DNA of 64,000 bases, from assembly GCA_002269645.1 (NCBI GenBank), contig NIVC01000939.1:487216-551215 (forward strand), read 5' to 3'. Under the pieces are notes generated by a model. That model had not been told where the DNA came from. It worked only from the letters and a program-made list of their open reading frames with translations, and searched no databases. The position numbers were made by a program, and so were the translations under genes. This DNA comes from Macrostomum lignano (taxonomy: Eukaryota). This document shows, in pieces, positions 48,405 through 60,078 of this stretch (positions within the stretch are counted from its first letter, which is position 1; each line of letters opens with the position of its first letter).

Positions 48405-49499
48405 TAAGCTCAGATGTGCTCAGACATGCTCATATATGCTCAGATATGCTCAGATATGCTCAGATATGCTCAGATGTGCCCAGATGTGCTCAGATATGCT
48501 CAGATGTGCTCAGATATGCTCAGATGTGCTCAGATATGCTCAGATGTGCTCAGATATGCTCAGATATGCTGAGATATGCTGAGATATGCTCAGATATGCT
48601 CAGGTATGCTCAGATATGCTCAGATATGCTCAGATGTGCTCAGATTTGCTCAGATGTGCTCAGATATGCTCAGATGTGCTCAGATTTGCTCAGATGTGCT
48701 CAGATATGCTCAGATATGCTCCGATTTGCTCAGATGTGCTCAGGTATGCTCAGATGTGCTCAGATATGCTCAGGTATGCTCAGGTATGCTCAGACATGCT
48801 CAGGTATGCTCAGATGTGCTCAGATTTGCTCAGGTATGCTCAGGTATGCTCAGATATGCTCAGGTGTGCTCAGGTGTGCTCAGATGTGCCCAGATTTGCT
48901 CAGATGTGCTCAGATATGCTCAGATATGCTCAGATATGCTCAGATATGCTCAGATGTGCTCAGGTATGCTCAGATATGCTCAGGTGTGCTCAGGTGTGCT
49001 CAGATGTGCCCAGATTTGCTCAGATGTGCCCAGATATGCTCAGATATGCTCAGGTGTGCTCAGATATGCTCAGATATGCTCAGGTATGCTCAGATATGCT
49101 CAGATATGCTCAGATATGCTCAGATGTGCTCAGATATGCTCAGATGTGCTCAGATATGCTCAGATATGCTCAGATATGCTCAGATATGCTCAGATATGCT
49201 CAGATATGCTCAGACGTGCTCAGATATGCTCAGGTATGCTCAGGTATGCTCAGATATGCTCAGGTATGCTCAGATATGCTCAGGTATGCTCAAATATGCT
49301 CAAATATGCTCAGATGTGCTCATATGCTCAGATATGCTCAGGTATGCTCAGGTATGCTCAGACGTGCTCAGATATGCTCAGGTATGCTCAGGTATGCTCA
49401 GATATGCTCAGGTATGCTCAGATATGCTCAGGTATGCTCAAATATGCTCAAATATGCTCAGATGTGCTCATATGCTCAGATATGCTCAGATATGCTCAG
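48405..49499 (+). repeat. 10-bp minisatellite (GCTCAGRTRT)n bounded by GTAAGC and CAG
   Basis: About 110 units starting at GTAAGC (48404) and ending at CAG (49499). Confidence 0.95.
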
Positions 49500-50344
49500 C
49501 CAAGGCTTAGTCGGACCAAAAAGGCTGCTCAGAGCGCCCTCATCCAAACATGGCACCGAAACACGGGAAGACAGAAGAAAGAAGAAGCAGAAGAAGAATT
49601 GGTAAGCGAATTTCAGCAAAATAATTTGCGCCAAGGAGCGGCTGCGGAGAACCTCAGAAAATCTGTTTTTCAGTCGATCGCACCTGGTCCGTTACCGCAC
49701 CTGCCGCTCGAGGAATTTGCAAACGAATTCAGACAGCAGGGACGCCTAATCGGTTTAAATTGCAATCCGGACAGTTGCCGGTTTCTTCTAGAAGCAGCAA
49801 GGTCCAGCGGCGGTTGGACTTGCACTTTGAAAGCTCGAGCATACAACAGACGGCAAGTGCAGTTTGGCAGCCTTCTTCTGCGTACTCAGCTCCCACAGAA
49901 GCAGAAATTGAATTTGGCAGCGGGCCGCCCCGACCTGAAACTGAGCTGTAGGGGCGAGTTCGCGAATTCCTAATTCAATCCGGGCCCCGGGGTGTGAGAT
50001 GGAAGGGAGATGAGCAGCTCTGAGCACTGGGCGACAGGCACCGATAGGCCCAGAGGGCAGGACGCTGAGTCAATTGTGCCGCCTTCGTGCCATCTGTCCG
50101 CCTAATTAAACAACTCCAACGGGGGGAATCCAGGGTCGGCATGGATTCCTACAAGTCTGTAGCGGTGATGTGCCGGATATATCCGACACACTTACCTTTA
50201 TGGGTGCCCTGCGGTCACTACGGATTGCTGTATAATGTATACGAATTTTTAGATTATATGTACGAGTAGAGCCTCGGACATGCATGACGAAGTCTGCCGC
50301 CCCTGGAGCCAATTTTATAACGCCTTGGTAAAAAATCTATGGTT

Positions 50345-51500
50345 AAAAAGCCCCTGGTGCTAAAGCCCCTGTTGCTAAAGCCCCTGGTGCCAAAGCCCCT
50401 GTTGCTAAAGCCATGTTGCTAAAGCCCCTGGTGCTAAAGCCCCTGTTGCTAAAGCCCCTGGTGCTAAAGCCCCTGATGCTAAAGCCCCTGTTGCTAAAGC
50501 CCCTGGTGCCAAAGCCCCTGTTGCTAAAGCCATGTTGCTAAAGCCCCTGGTGCTAAAGCCCCTGTTGCTAAAGCCCCTGGTGCTAAAGCCCCTGATGCTA
50601 AAGCCCCTGGTGCTAAAGCCCCTGGTGCTAAAGCCCCTGATGCTAAAGCCCCTGTTGCTAAAGCCCCTGATGCTAAAGCCCCTGATGCTAAAGCCATGTT
50701 GCTAAAGCCCCTGGTGCTAAAGCCCCTGATGCTAAAGCCCCTGATGCTAAAGCCCCTGTTGCTAAAGCCCCTGGTGCTAAAGCCCCTGGTGCTAAAGCCC
50801 CTGTTGCTAAAGCCCCTGATGCTAAAGCCCCTGTTGCTAAAGCCCCTGATGCTAAAGCCCCTGGTGCTAAAGCCCCTGTTGCTAAAGCCCCTGATGCTAA
50901 TGCTCCTGGTGCTAAAGCTCCTGGTGCTAAAGCCCTTGGTGCTAAAGCCATGTTGCTAAAGCCCCTGTTGCTAAAGCCCCTGGTGCTAAAGCCATGTTGC
51001 TAAAGCCCCTGGTGCTAAAGCCCCTGGTGCTAAAGCCCCTGGTGCTAAAGCCCCTGTTGCTAAAGCCCCTGTTGCTAAAGCCCCTGGTGCTAAAGCCCCT
51101 GTTGCTAAAGCCCCTGTTGCTAAAGCCCCTGTTGCTAAAGCCCCTGTTGCTAAAGCCCCTGTTGCTAAAGCCCCTGTTGCTAAAGCCCCTGTTGCTAAAG
51201 CCCCTGTTGCTAAAGCCCCTGGTGCTAAAGCCCCTGATGCTAAAGCTCCTGGTGCTAAAGCTCCTGGTGCTAAAGCCCCTGTTGCTAAAGCCCCTGTTGC
51301 TAAAGCCCCTGTTGCTAAAGCCCCTGTTGCTAAAGCCCCTGTTGCTAAAGCCCCTGGTGCTAAAGCTCCGATTCTAAAGCCCCCGGTGCTAAAGCCCCCG
51401 GTGCTAAAGCCCTTGTTGCTAATGCCCCTGGTGCTAAAACCCCTCGTGCTAAAGAACCGGGTGCTAAAGCTCCTGATGCTAAAGCTCCTGGTGCTGAAGA
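50345..51500. repeat. 15-bp minisatellite (GCTAAAGCCCCTGKT)n
   Basis: About 75 units, decaying at the right end. Confidence 0.95.
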
Positions 51501-52303
51501 ACCTAGTGCTAAAGAACCTTGCTAAAGTGCTAAAGTGCTAAAGGTGCTAAAGTATGATTGAGTTGGAATTCTGCAGCTTGTGAATCTCTACTCAAAGATT
51601 TCGGTCACAGCTTCAAGTAGCAGTCAAAACAGCTGCTGTCATCAGGTCAGGCTTGCGGACCGAAATGCCAGCCGTATTGGTCTGTTAGCAAGCTTTCACT
51701 CGCGGGTACGTTCACGGGTGACTTGAGAGCTGTACGCTTAATGACAATGAATGCTATTATTGTAGATTAAAGTACATTTTACGAGCTACCATGTCTCTCT
51801 TTGAGCTTTGCACCCTGATAAAGTATTTTGAGCAACATATTGCTTTGATAAAATAGTAAAACAGCCCTTTCTAAATGCTTTTCTGGCCTCAACGCTGCCA
51901 TGAGCAAATGGTGCGGTTATGAAGCAACAGTTTACGAGTACAGAGCGGCATAAAATTCTACCTGTGCAGACTGTCCGCCCGCCTCACACTGAATTTCTAA
52001 TTCGTCTTTGTGTATGACTCTTCATTTAGCCTGTCAGTCTTCCAAGCCCCAAACCTGAAGACCAGCCTACGACCGCAGGCGTACAGAAAGGTCCGTACTG
52101 GAGCGAGGAGCTTTCACTAACTGTACACCAGCGCAGAAAACTGAGTGTGCACAGCAAACCATGGACTGGAATCTACCCCCCCCCCCGACCCCTACATTAT
52201 CTAAGAGTCTAGAAAGTCGTGACCTCGAACAAAAGCAAATAGAAAAGCTCTCTGAAAGAAAGGCAGCACAAGAGAGCACAAATCAAGGTGAAAGACGGCA
52301 ATA

Positions 52304-53923
52304 ATGCAGCGACTGTCTGATCTGCTCAGCCAGCAGCAGCCAGGAACTCTGGCAACACTTGCGGCCACGACAGCCGCTGCAGCCGGCACCCTGTGGCTTG
52401 TCAGGGCCTGGTCGACCTCAGGCAGCCGTCAGAAACCTCCTCTCCCCCCTGGACCTCGCGGATGGCCGCTCCTGGGCTCCCTGCCCAACATGGATCCGAA
52501 AAGGTCGCACGAGTCTGTGCTGGAGCTCTGCAAGACGTTCGGCCCGATCATCTCCTACAGGCTCGGCTCCCAGCTCTTCATCGTCATCAACGACTACGAC
52601 TTGGCCAAGGAGCTTCTGGACGATGAAAATTTCACTGGGCGCTCGCGGTCGGTGGTGATCCAACGGCAGACTGGCGGCTGCGGCCTACTGTTCAGCGAGG
52701 GCTCGCTCTGGAAGCAGCACCGGCGACTGGCGCTGAAGACCCTGCGGGACTTCGGCTTCGCTAAAGACCGATCTGTGGAGATGGTCAACATCCAGCTGGA
52801 CGACATCCTGACTGACCTGCGCGACGCCAGCGAGTCAGCGCGTCCGTTGAACATCCTGGACGCATTCACCGAGGCCACCAACGCCGTCATCGCCACGCTG
52901 ACTCTGGGCAGACAGTTCAGGCGTGGCGACCCGGAGCTCGAATTCGTGCGAACAGCTGCCCGCCGCCTGTTCACGGGCAGGCCGCTGCAGAACCTGCCGT
53001 TTCTGTTCCCCTGGACCGACTACATCGTGCGGCTGTTCCCGACCTCGAACGAGCTGAACCTCGTCAACATGGAGATTCTCGAGTTCATCCAGCGCCAGGT
53101 GCAGGAGCGCCTGAAACTCATGGGTGCCGACATAGAAGGATTTGAGCCCGAGTGCCTCTGCGATGTGTACATCAAAGAGAGGCAGAAGGCCGAGGCAGCT
53201 GGAGACTTCGAAAGCTTCAAGGACATGCAGGTTTGTGCTTTCAGTCCATTTGAACTATGCAGTCTCTCGTATCTCTCAAAAAAATCCAACATCCTGCAGG
53301 TTCTCCGCGTGGTGATGGAGCTGTTCATGGCCGGCACGGACACCACGGCCCGCAGTCTGGAGTGGCTGCTGCTCTACATGACGTTCGAGCAGGACTGGCA
53401 ATCCCGGGTGCAAGCCGAACTTGACAGAGTCATTGACGGCGAGCGCAGGCCGTCCATGAGAGACAGGGACCAGCTGCCGCTCACCTGCGCCGTCATCGAA
53501 GAGACTTACCGCATCGTGTCGCTGACCCCGTTTGCGCTGTTCCACCGCGCGACGCAGCAGGACACAGTCTTTCACGGCTACAGCTTCCCGACGGATGCGC
53601 TGGTTTTCCCGTTCACCTACGGCATGTCGCGAGATCCCAAGGTGTGGGCTCGACCGAATGAGTTTCACCCGGAGCACTTCCTGCGGCCGGACGGCAGCTT
53701 CGCAGGTTCCGGCAAGAACATCCCGTTCTCCATGGGCCGTCGAGTGTGCGTTGGCGAGTCGCTGGGTCGCATGGAGGTCTTCCTTATCTTCTCAGCCGTA
53801 ATGAAGCTGTTCAAAGTTCGCATGGCGGATGAGTATCTGAGCAAGCGGGAGGACATCCTGCGCGGCAGTCTGGGCATTTTGAGAATTCCCGGCGACTACC
53901 GGCTGCTGTTTGAGGCCCGCTAG
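52304..53923 (+). CDS. Cytochrome P450, CYP2 clan; probable 69-nt intron 53231-53299; 516 aa spliced
   Basis: N-terminal anchor and PPGPRGWPLLG, C-helix WKQHR, I-helix AGTDTT, K-helix ETYR, PEHF, heme motif FSMGRRVCVG. CAG|GTTTGT...CCTGCAG| flanks an AT-richer, in-frame 23-codon insert. Confidence 0.95.
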   Translation: MQRLSDLLSQQQPGTLATLAATTAAAAGTLWLVRAWSTSGSRQKPPLPPGPRGWPLLGSLPNMDPKRSHESVLELCKTFGPIISYRLGSQLFIVINDYDLAKELLDDENFTGRSRSVVIQRQTGGCGLLFSEGSLWKQHRRLALKTLRDFGFAKDRSVEMVNIQLDDILTDLRDASESARPLNILDAFTEATNAVIATLTLGRQFRRGDPELEFVRTAARRLFTGRPLQNLPFLFPWTDYIVRLFPTSNELNLVNMEILEFIQRQVQERLKLMGADIEGFEPECLCDVYIKERQKAEAAGDFESFKDMQVCAFSPFELCSLSYLSKKSNILQVLRVVMELFMAGTDTTARSLEWLLLYMTFEQDWQSRVQAELDRVIDGERRPSMRDRDQLPLTCAVIEETYRIVSLTPFALFHRATQQDTVFHGYSFPTDALVFPFTYGMSRDPKVWARPNEFHPEHFLRPDGSFAGSGKNIPFSMGRRVCVGESLGRMEVFLIFSAVMKLFKVRMADEYLSKREDILRGSLGILRIPGDYRLLFEAR

Positions 53924-55149
53924 GTCTGGCGACGTTCTTCGCTGGGCGAGCCGACGTGACGAATGCTGGCTCTGCCAGTCTCGAATTTATTGACTGAACT
54001 CAGATTTTCAATAAGTATTATTGCGCAACTCAATGACTCCACGAGTGCAGGTATGTGTGTACCTGGGTTAGGTTGGATCTATTAAACTTTTGCGAGCTTC
54101 ATTGTGTTTAATTTGGCCATTTTGCACGAGCTGCGGATAAATTAGCCAAGCTAGCTAAACCAGTAGCACACCTAAAAGCGCATTGTGTAACTCCAAAACT
54201 ATTGACAAAATATACTAGTAAGCATGCATTGTTAAAAATACAAGAGATAAATCAGATAATCTTTTTTCTGACAACATCTCCGTTTTACAAGAAATATTAC
54301 TGCGGCGAGGGGGGCAGTGCTCAGCGGCATGCCAGCGAGGGCCAACGCCCAAGGCCCAGAGTGTCATGGATAAATGAATAAACAGGAGATATTTTATACT
54401 TAGCCTCCACTTTTCCCCGTGTGTGCATATGCGTGCTCAGGGGTCAGCGGAATACACATGTCTGCTTGTCTTCTCTGTCGGCTGTCACTTTGCTCCCCCC
54501 TTTGAGAACTACATGCATGTGTACTTATTATTTACTGCCACGCGAGAAATGTCTAGAAAGATAGCAGAGTGAAACGTAGCACAAAGGCAGGGGGGCCTTG
54601 TTAGCAGAAGCCTCCCCGAGCAGGCAGGGAAGCTGGGCTCATGGGCAATCGATCGCTGCTGCATCGCCACTAATCAGGACCGGGGCATCTGATACTTCGC
54701 GTAATTGCGGCTTGTCTCCGGTCTGTGAGCAGCTCCGCTCAACAGCCCGCCCACTGGAGCAGCTGCCTGGTGCTCGGAGGGTAAAAGCGACTTTGTCGCA
54801 GCTGAGGGCGGCGGAGGCGCTTTTTTACCTCCCTCCCTCTGCATTTCGAGGAGCCGACTTCGGCTCTCGGAAGCAGCTAATTGGGGCCGCGGCAGTCGGG
54901 GCTGCTGCAGCGAAGCGCCCGAGAGTCAGAGATTTAATTGACAGCGAGTACTTTTGAACCGCTCCAGACAGCGGCTGCAACATTGCGGATTTTTCTGGGT
55001 TTTTTTCTGGGCCACTTGCATATTGCTAGTTTAGCCAGAGTTGGCAGGTCAGCATGCAGATGAACCAGCTGATTGCGCCACTCCGGAAGCTAAATAGGAC
55101 AGCTTATTAATTTCAGTTCTGTTCACAAAGCTGAGGTACATTGCTGTGC

Positions 55150-55690
55150 CCCAGCTGCACCCACCTCCCCATTGTTTCTTCCCCAGTTATGCGCGGCTCA
55201 GCCTGATTGGCTGCCCCTCTCTGGCTGCTCCCCAGCTGCACTCACCTCCTCCTTCTTTCTGCCACAGTTATGCGCGGCTCAGCCTGATTGGCTGCCCCTC
55301 TCTGGCTGCTCCCCAGCTGCACCCACCTCCTCCTTCTTTCTGCCCCAGTTATGCGCGGCTCAGCCTGATTGGCTGCCCCTCTCTGGCTGCTCCCCAGCTG
55401 CACCCACCTCCTCCTTCTTTCTGCCACAATTATGCGCGGCTCAGCCTGATTGGCTGCCCCTCTCTGGCTGCTCCACAGCTGCACCCACCTCCCCATTGTT
55501 TCTTCCCCAGTTATGCGCGGCTCAGCCTGATTGGCTGCTTCTCTCTGGCTGCTCCCCAGCTGCACCCACCTCCTCATTCTTTCTGCCCCAGTTATGCGCG
55601 GCTCAGCCTGATTGGCTGCCCCTCTCTGGCTGCTCCCCAGCTGCACTCACCTCCCCATTGTTTCTTCCCCAGTTATGCACGGCCCAGCCT
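55150..55690 (+). repeat. 81-bp minisatellite, about 6.5 units
   Basis: Unit CCCCAGTTATGCGCGGCTCAGCCTGATTGGCTGCCCCTCTCTGGCTGCTCCCCAGCTGCACCCACCTCC..., seen as a 27-aa period in the ORF track. Starts shortly after GAG|GTACAT (55136). Confidence 0.93.
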
Positions 55691-56694
55691 AATTAGCTGC
55701 TCCTCTCTGCTCTACCCCCTTCTCTATCCCTGTGCATTGTCGTGTTTTTCTATCATAGAGAATCATTGCTACAACAACATAATAATAAATGAAGGGCATC
55801 AGACCATTCTATACCCGTAGATAGAGCACCACACGAGGTTGAATAAATAAGTTATTCTTGGCCATTTAGCAGTTATTAAGTCTCCAGCTGAGTTGGGGAA
55901 GTTCAGGTAGACTCGTAGCGATGGGAAATCTAATTGCAAATCGGTCCCTGCGAAGTTCCGAAGCTGTTCGAGTCGACCTCTATTTTATTAATCCTAAGCC
56001 AGATCCCCAAGCCCGGGATTTGTCCTAAGCCAGATCAGACTAACCTAACCTAAGTCAGACTGGAGCCTGAGCTCTCTCGGCAGATTTTAGGATTTGTCAA
56101 CCGATGCCGGGCATGCAGAGAGGGAGGCGGTGACGGTGAAATTAGCAGCCTCCGATGAGGCATCCTATCAATGCTAGTGCCGTCTGCAGCGCTCTGACAA
56201 CATGGCTGGATATAGAAATTTTTTTTATAACTCAACTCAACAGATGCAAATGAGACATCTGAGCAGAATGATTGCAAGCACGGGGGAATCTGCTTCAGCC
56301 TGGCAAATCTGAGCAGGACCCAAAAAATATGAATTTGTTTTTAGCCCCACAGCAGGTCTCCTGCGGGCACAGAAGGCAGTGATTAAAAATGAAGAAGACA
56401 GCTCGGTGTTAATTATGATTTCCAGTGGGACCGAGCCGCTGATGCTGCGGATCAAGCAGAGATTCCATGATTATCATGCAAGACTTTGAACGCCAGCCGG
56501 TAATTACAGGATTCCGGCTTTGAGCACTCCCTGTTGCAAGCGACACCTGCAAATGGCACCTTCGCGCTGCAGGCCGTTGCTATTTTAGCTAACTTAGCGC
56601 TGTATATTGAATATTTTTATTCTTTACAGAAAATATTTTTAGCCGAGGCAAGCAACACTTCAGGCTTGAACTCCTACTTTAAAATGAGAGGGCC

Positions 56695-57425
56695 TCGTAT
56701 CTGTGCAATGCTAGCCGTCCCCAATGTACAGAGATGGACCTTCTATCTGTGCAGTGCTAGCCGTCCCCAATGTACAGAGATGGGCCTCCTATCTGTGCAG
56801 TGCTAGCCGTCCCCAATGTACAGAGATGGACCTCCTATCTGTGCAGTGCTAGCCGTCCCCAATGTACAGAGATGGACCTTCTATCTGTGCAGTGCTAGCC
56901 GTCCCCAATGTACAGAGATGGACCTTCTATCTGTGCAGTGCTAGCCGTCCCCAATGTACAGAGATGGACCTTCTATCTGTGCAGTGCTAGCCGTCCCCAA
57001 TGTACAGAGATGGACCTTCTATCTGTGCAGTGCTAGCCGTCCCCAATGTACAAGAAATGGACCTTCTATCTGTGCAGTGCTAGCCGTCCCCAATGTACAG
57101 AGATGGACCTTCTATCTGTGCAGTGCTAGCCGTCCCCAATGTACAGAGATGGACCTTCTATCTGTGCAGTGCTAGCCGTCCCCAATGTACAGAGATGGAC
57201 CTTCTATCTGTGCAGTGCTAGCCGTCCCCAATGTACAGAGATGGACCTTCTATCTGTGCAGTGCTAGCCGTCCCCAATGTACAGAGATGGACCTTCTATC
57301 TGTGCAGTGCTAGCCGTCCCCAATGTACAGAGATGGACCTTCTATCTGTGCAGTGCTAGCCGTCCCCAATGTACAGAGATGGACCTCCTATCTCTGCAAT
57401 GCCAACCGTCCCCAATGTACAGAGA
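56695..57425. repeat. 46-bp minisatellite, about 16 units
   Basis: CCGTCCCC at 56761 and 56807 (period 46). Confidence 0.95.
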
Positions 57426-58114
57426 TGGGTCCATTTGAAGAAGGAATAGTATGGACTTGGAGATTTTTGGTAGTTGGTTGCCACAGGTAAGCTTTTCCTT
57501 GTATTCCTAAAAGCAATATGCATAGGTTATCAGAGCATAGAATAAAATTATGAAGGCCTCACGATTTTGCTTGTAGAAATTGTTGGTAAGTGTATGGACA
57601 ACGATGAGCTGAGCATGGAGTTCTAATAAAAATAGCATCTGGACTGGAGCTAGACAAATTATTTTTGACGAATTCGCCACAGGGGGGGGGCGAAAAGCTC
57701 TACGCTCGTATTCGTAAAAGCGTGCATTTGTTGGGTCGGCTACAAATATTTATGATACCTGGAAAGCATTAGAAAATGTCATGCTGACAATCTAGTTGTC
57801 ACAGTCGTCACAGCCACGCCCTACAGTAGTACCTGCTTTGGAAACAACCTTGCACAGAGAATTGTGCAGCGGAAAGATTGATAAGACTATGATCGTCAAA
57901 AAGTGCTTGTTTTTAAAGGCTTTGGGATTCCTCTCCAGATGCTAATTTTAGAACTCCATGCTACATTGGTACCTGAGGCGAGACAAATGCGATGGCTACG
58001 CCACAACCTCTTTATCTAATTGGCTTTTATCTAACTTGAACAGTCAAAAGAGCGGACATGAACACAGCTCTTGATGCCCTTCGCGAGTCCTGCACTGGCT
58101 TCATTGTGAACACC

Positions 58115-58132
58115 AACAACAACAACAACAGC

Positions 58133-58169
<37 letters not shown>

Positions 58170-58171
58170 GC

Positions 58172-58210
<39 letters not shown>

Positions 58211-58213
58211 AGC

Positions 58214-58253
<40 letters not shown>

Positions 58254-58598
58254 CGTCAGTCAGTCAGCAGACAATGTCACAGGGCGCGTTTTAAGGCCTG
58301 GGCGCGAACGTAGACCGCACGCCAGCAGTGTCCGGGACGCCGGCATCAGATAGCAGGGCAGTCGATGAAACGCCGAGTGCGCGCCTGTCCCCGCCGGTAG
58401 GGTGCCTGCAGCGTCAGCAGCAGCAGCACCTCCTGCACCGGCTGCGAGCAGTGTGACTCGGCTCGGATGAAATGGGCTGCCAGCTGGAGTCGCCGACGGT
58501 GCAGCAGTTCGATGGGACGGGACAGGCCGTTGCGGCGATTGAGTGCCGCATTGGTGACTCGCTGGTAGCCGATTTTGAAGGCGGCGCGCAGCACGCTG
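58115..58598 (-). mobile_element. 5'-truncated RTE-like non-LTR retrotransposon with (GTT)n tail
   Basis: The minus frame LLHRRRLQLAAHFIRAESHCSQPVQEVLLLLTLQAPYRRG resembles the post-RT C-terminus of RTE-clade ORFs (RRLxxxGHxxR motif). It is followed by a short 3' UTR and a trinucleotide tail (58115-58253). Direct repeat GTGAACACC at 58106-58114 and 58599-58607. Confidence 0.72.
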
Positions 58599-59317
58599 GT
58601 GAACACCGGATTTCTTTTATTAACGAAGCAATAACCAAAACTGGATAATTTCGATGACATCTCGAATAACAATCAAAATTATCGAACTATTTTATTTCGT
58701 TCAATAGTACTTTATAAAAAATAAGTTGATTTATTACAAAAAGGTTTGCATAGTGATTACCTGAGATAAATGATTAATCATGCGAGAAAAGCAGGCTGAG
58801 CAGGAGCGGCAATGGAGGTTCAGCACTTTTATCATAATTTCCCATGTATTGTGTGTTCTTATGGGTTCATAAGCTACTCATACCAGTAGCACCTGTTCCA
58901 GTTTGCTTCAGTTTGGTGAATCTGGAACACGCTTTGTGTCGCTTTGCTGACTATGCGCTCGCACAAGTAGCTGAACCAATAGAAATATTAATTTACTTCA
59001 CTTTGCGATCTAACGGCCCGCTCAGGTGTCCTGGACCTCCCTTGAGCTTTTCGGCGGCGTCCCCGGAGGGCTGCGGTCGTCCCTGGCACTCTGGGAGCTT
59101 CTAGGATTGGTGCCCAGTGGGCTGCTGTCTGGAAAAGATTCGCTGATGTGCCCGCTGTCCTCCGCCGGGACGAGAATCGCCACGCGGTTAGCAGCGTCGC
59201 CGCGTCGGCTGCCTGACCGACCTGGGGTTGCGTTTGGGTGGAGCTTCTGTTGTGGGTTTTATGAGTTGCAAAAAGACTCAAACTCTCTGAAACTGAGACT
59301 CAGACTGAAGATTGAGG

Positions 59318-59615
59318 CCCCATACCGGAAGCCAGACCCATACCGGAAGCCAGGCCCAAACCGGAAGCCAGGCCTATACCGGAAGCCAGGCCCATACCGG
59401 AAGCCAGGCCTATACCGGAAGCTAGCCCCATACCGGAAGCCAGCCCCATACCGGAAGCCAGTCCCATACCGGAAGCCAGCCCCATACCGGAAGCCAGGCC
59501 CATACCGGAAGCCAGGCCCATACCGGAAGCCAGCCCCATACCGGAAGCCAGTCCCATACCGGAAGCCAGCCCCATACCGGAAGCCAGTCTCATACCGGAA
59601 GCCAGCCCCATACCA
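59318..59615. repeat. 18-bp minisatellite (CCCATACCGGAAGCCAGS)n
   Basis: About 16 units. The minus strand begins at GTATGG (59613). Confidence 0.93.
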
Positions 59616-59877
59616 GCCCCTGACAAACGCACTCTGTATATCCTGAGCGGTGCCACTTGCAGCTTCAGCTTGCGCAGCAGATGTCACTGGCTGACTTTCA
59701 TTATCCTGGGCCGAATCGCGTCCGCTGTCGGCCAATCTCGGGTCAAGAATTGCAGCTTCCCGGTTCTGAGGGTGCTGATTAACTGGAAATTCAGAAAACA
59801 CCATGCCGTGGCGACGGTCACTCTCAGTTCCGTTCTGTACATCGCTTGGTTGATGCGTCTGAAACAGTATTTTGTGT

Positions 59878-60078
59878 TCGATTCCTGCTTCTGACTCTCG
59901 CACTGAAGTATCTTGGGGTTCGATTCCTGCATCTGACTCTCGCACTGAAATATCTTGGGGGTTCGATTCCTGCATCTGACTCTCGCACTGAAATATCTTG
60001 GGGGTTCGATTCCTGCATCTGACTCTCGCACTGAAATATCTTGGGGGTTCGATTCCTGCATCTGACTCTCGCACTGAA
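59878..60078. repeat. 43-bp minisatellite containing GGTTCGATTCC, about 4.5 units
   Basis: CGCACTGAA at 59941 and 59984 (period 43). Confidence 0.9.

Noticed and set aside
50026-50320. Possible small TIR element before the 15-bp array
   Set aside because: Terminal similarity is too weak and there is no TSD.
58058-58294. Poly-Asn / poly-Leu protein
   Set aside because: It is the (AAC)n tail of the retrotransposon fragment.
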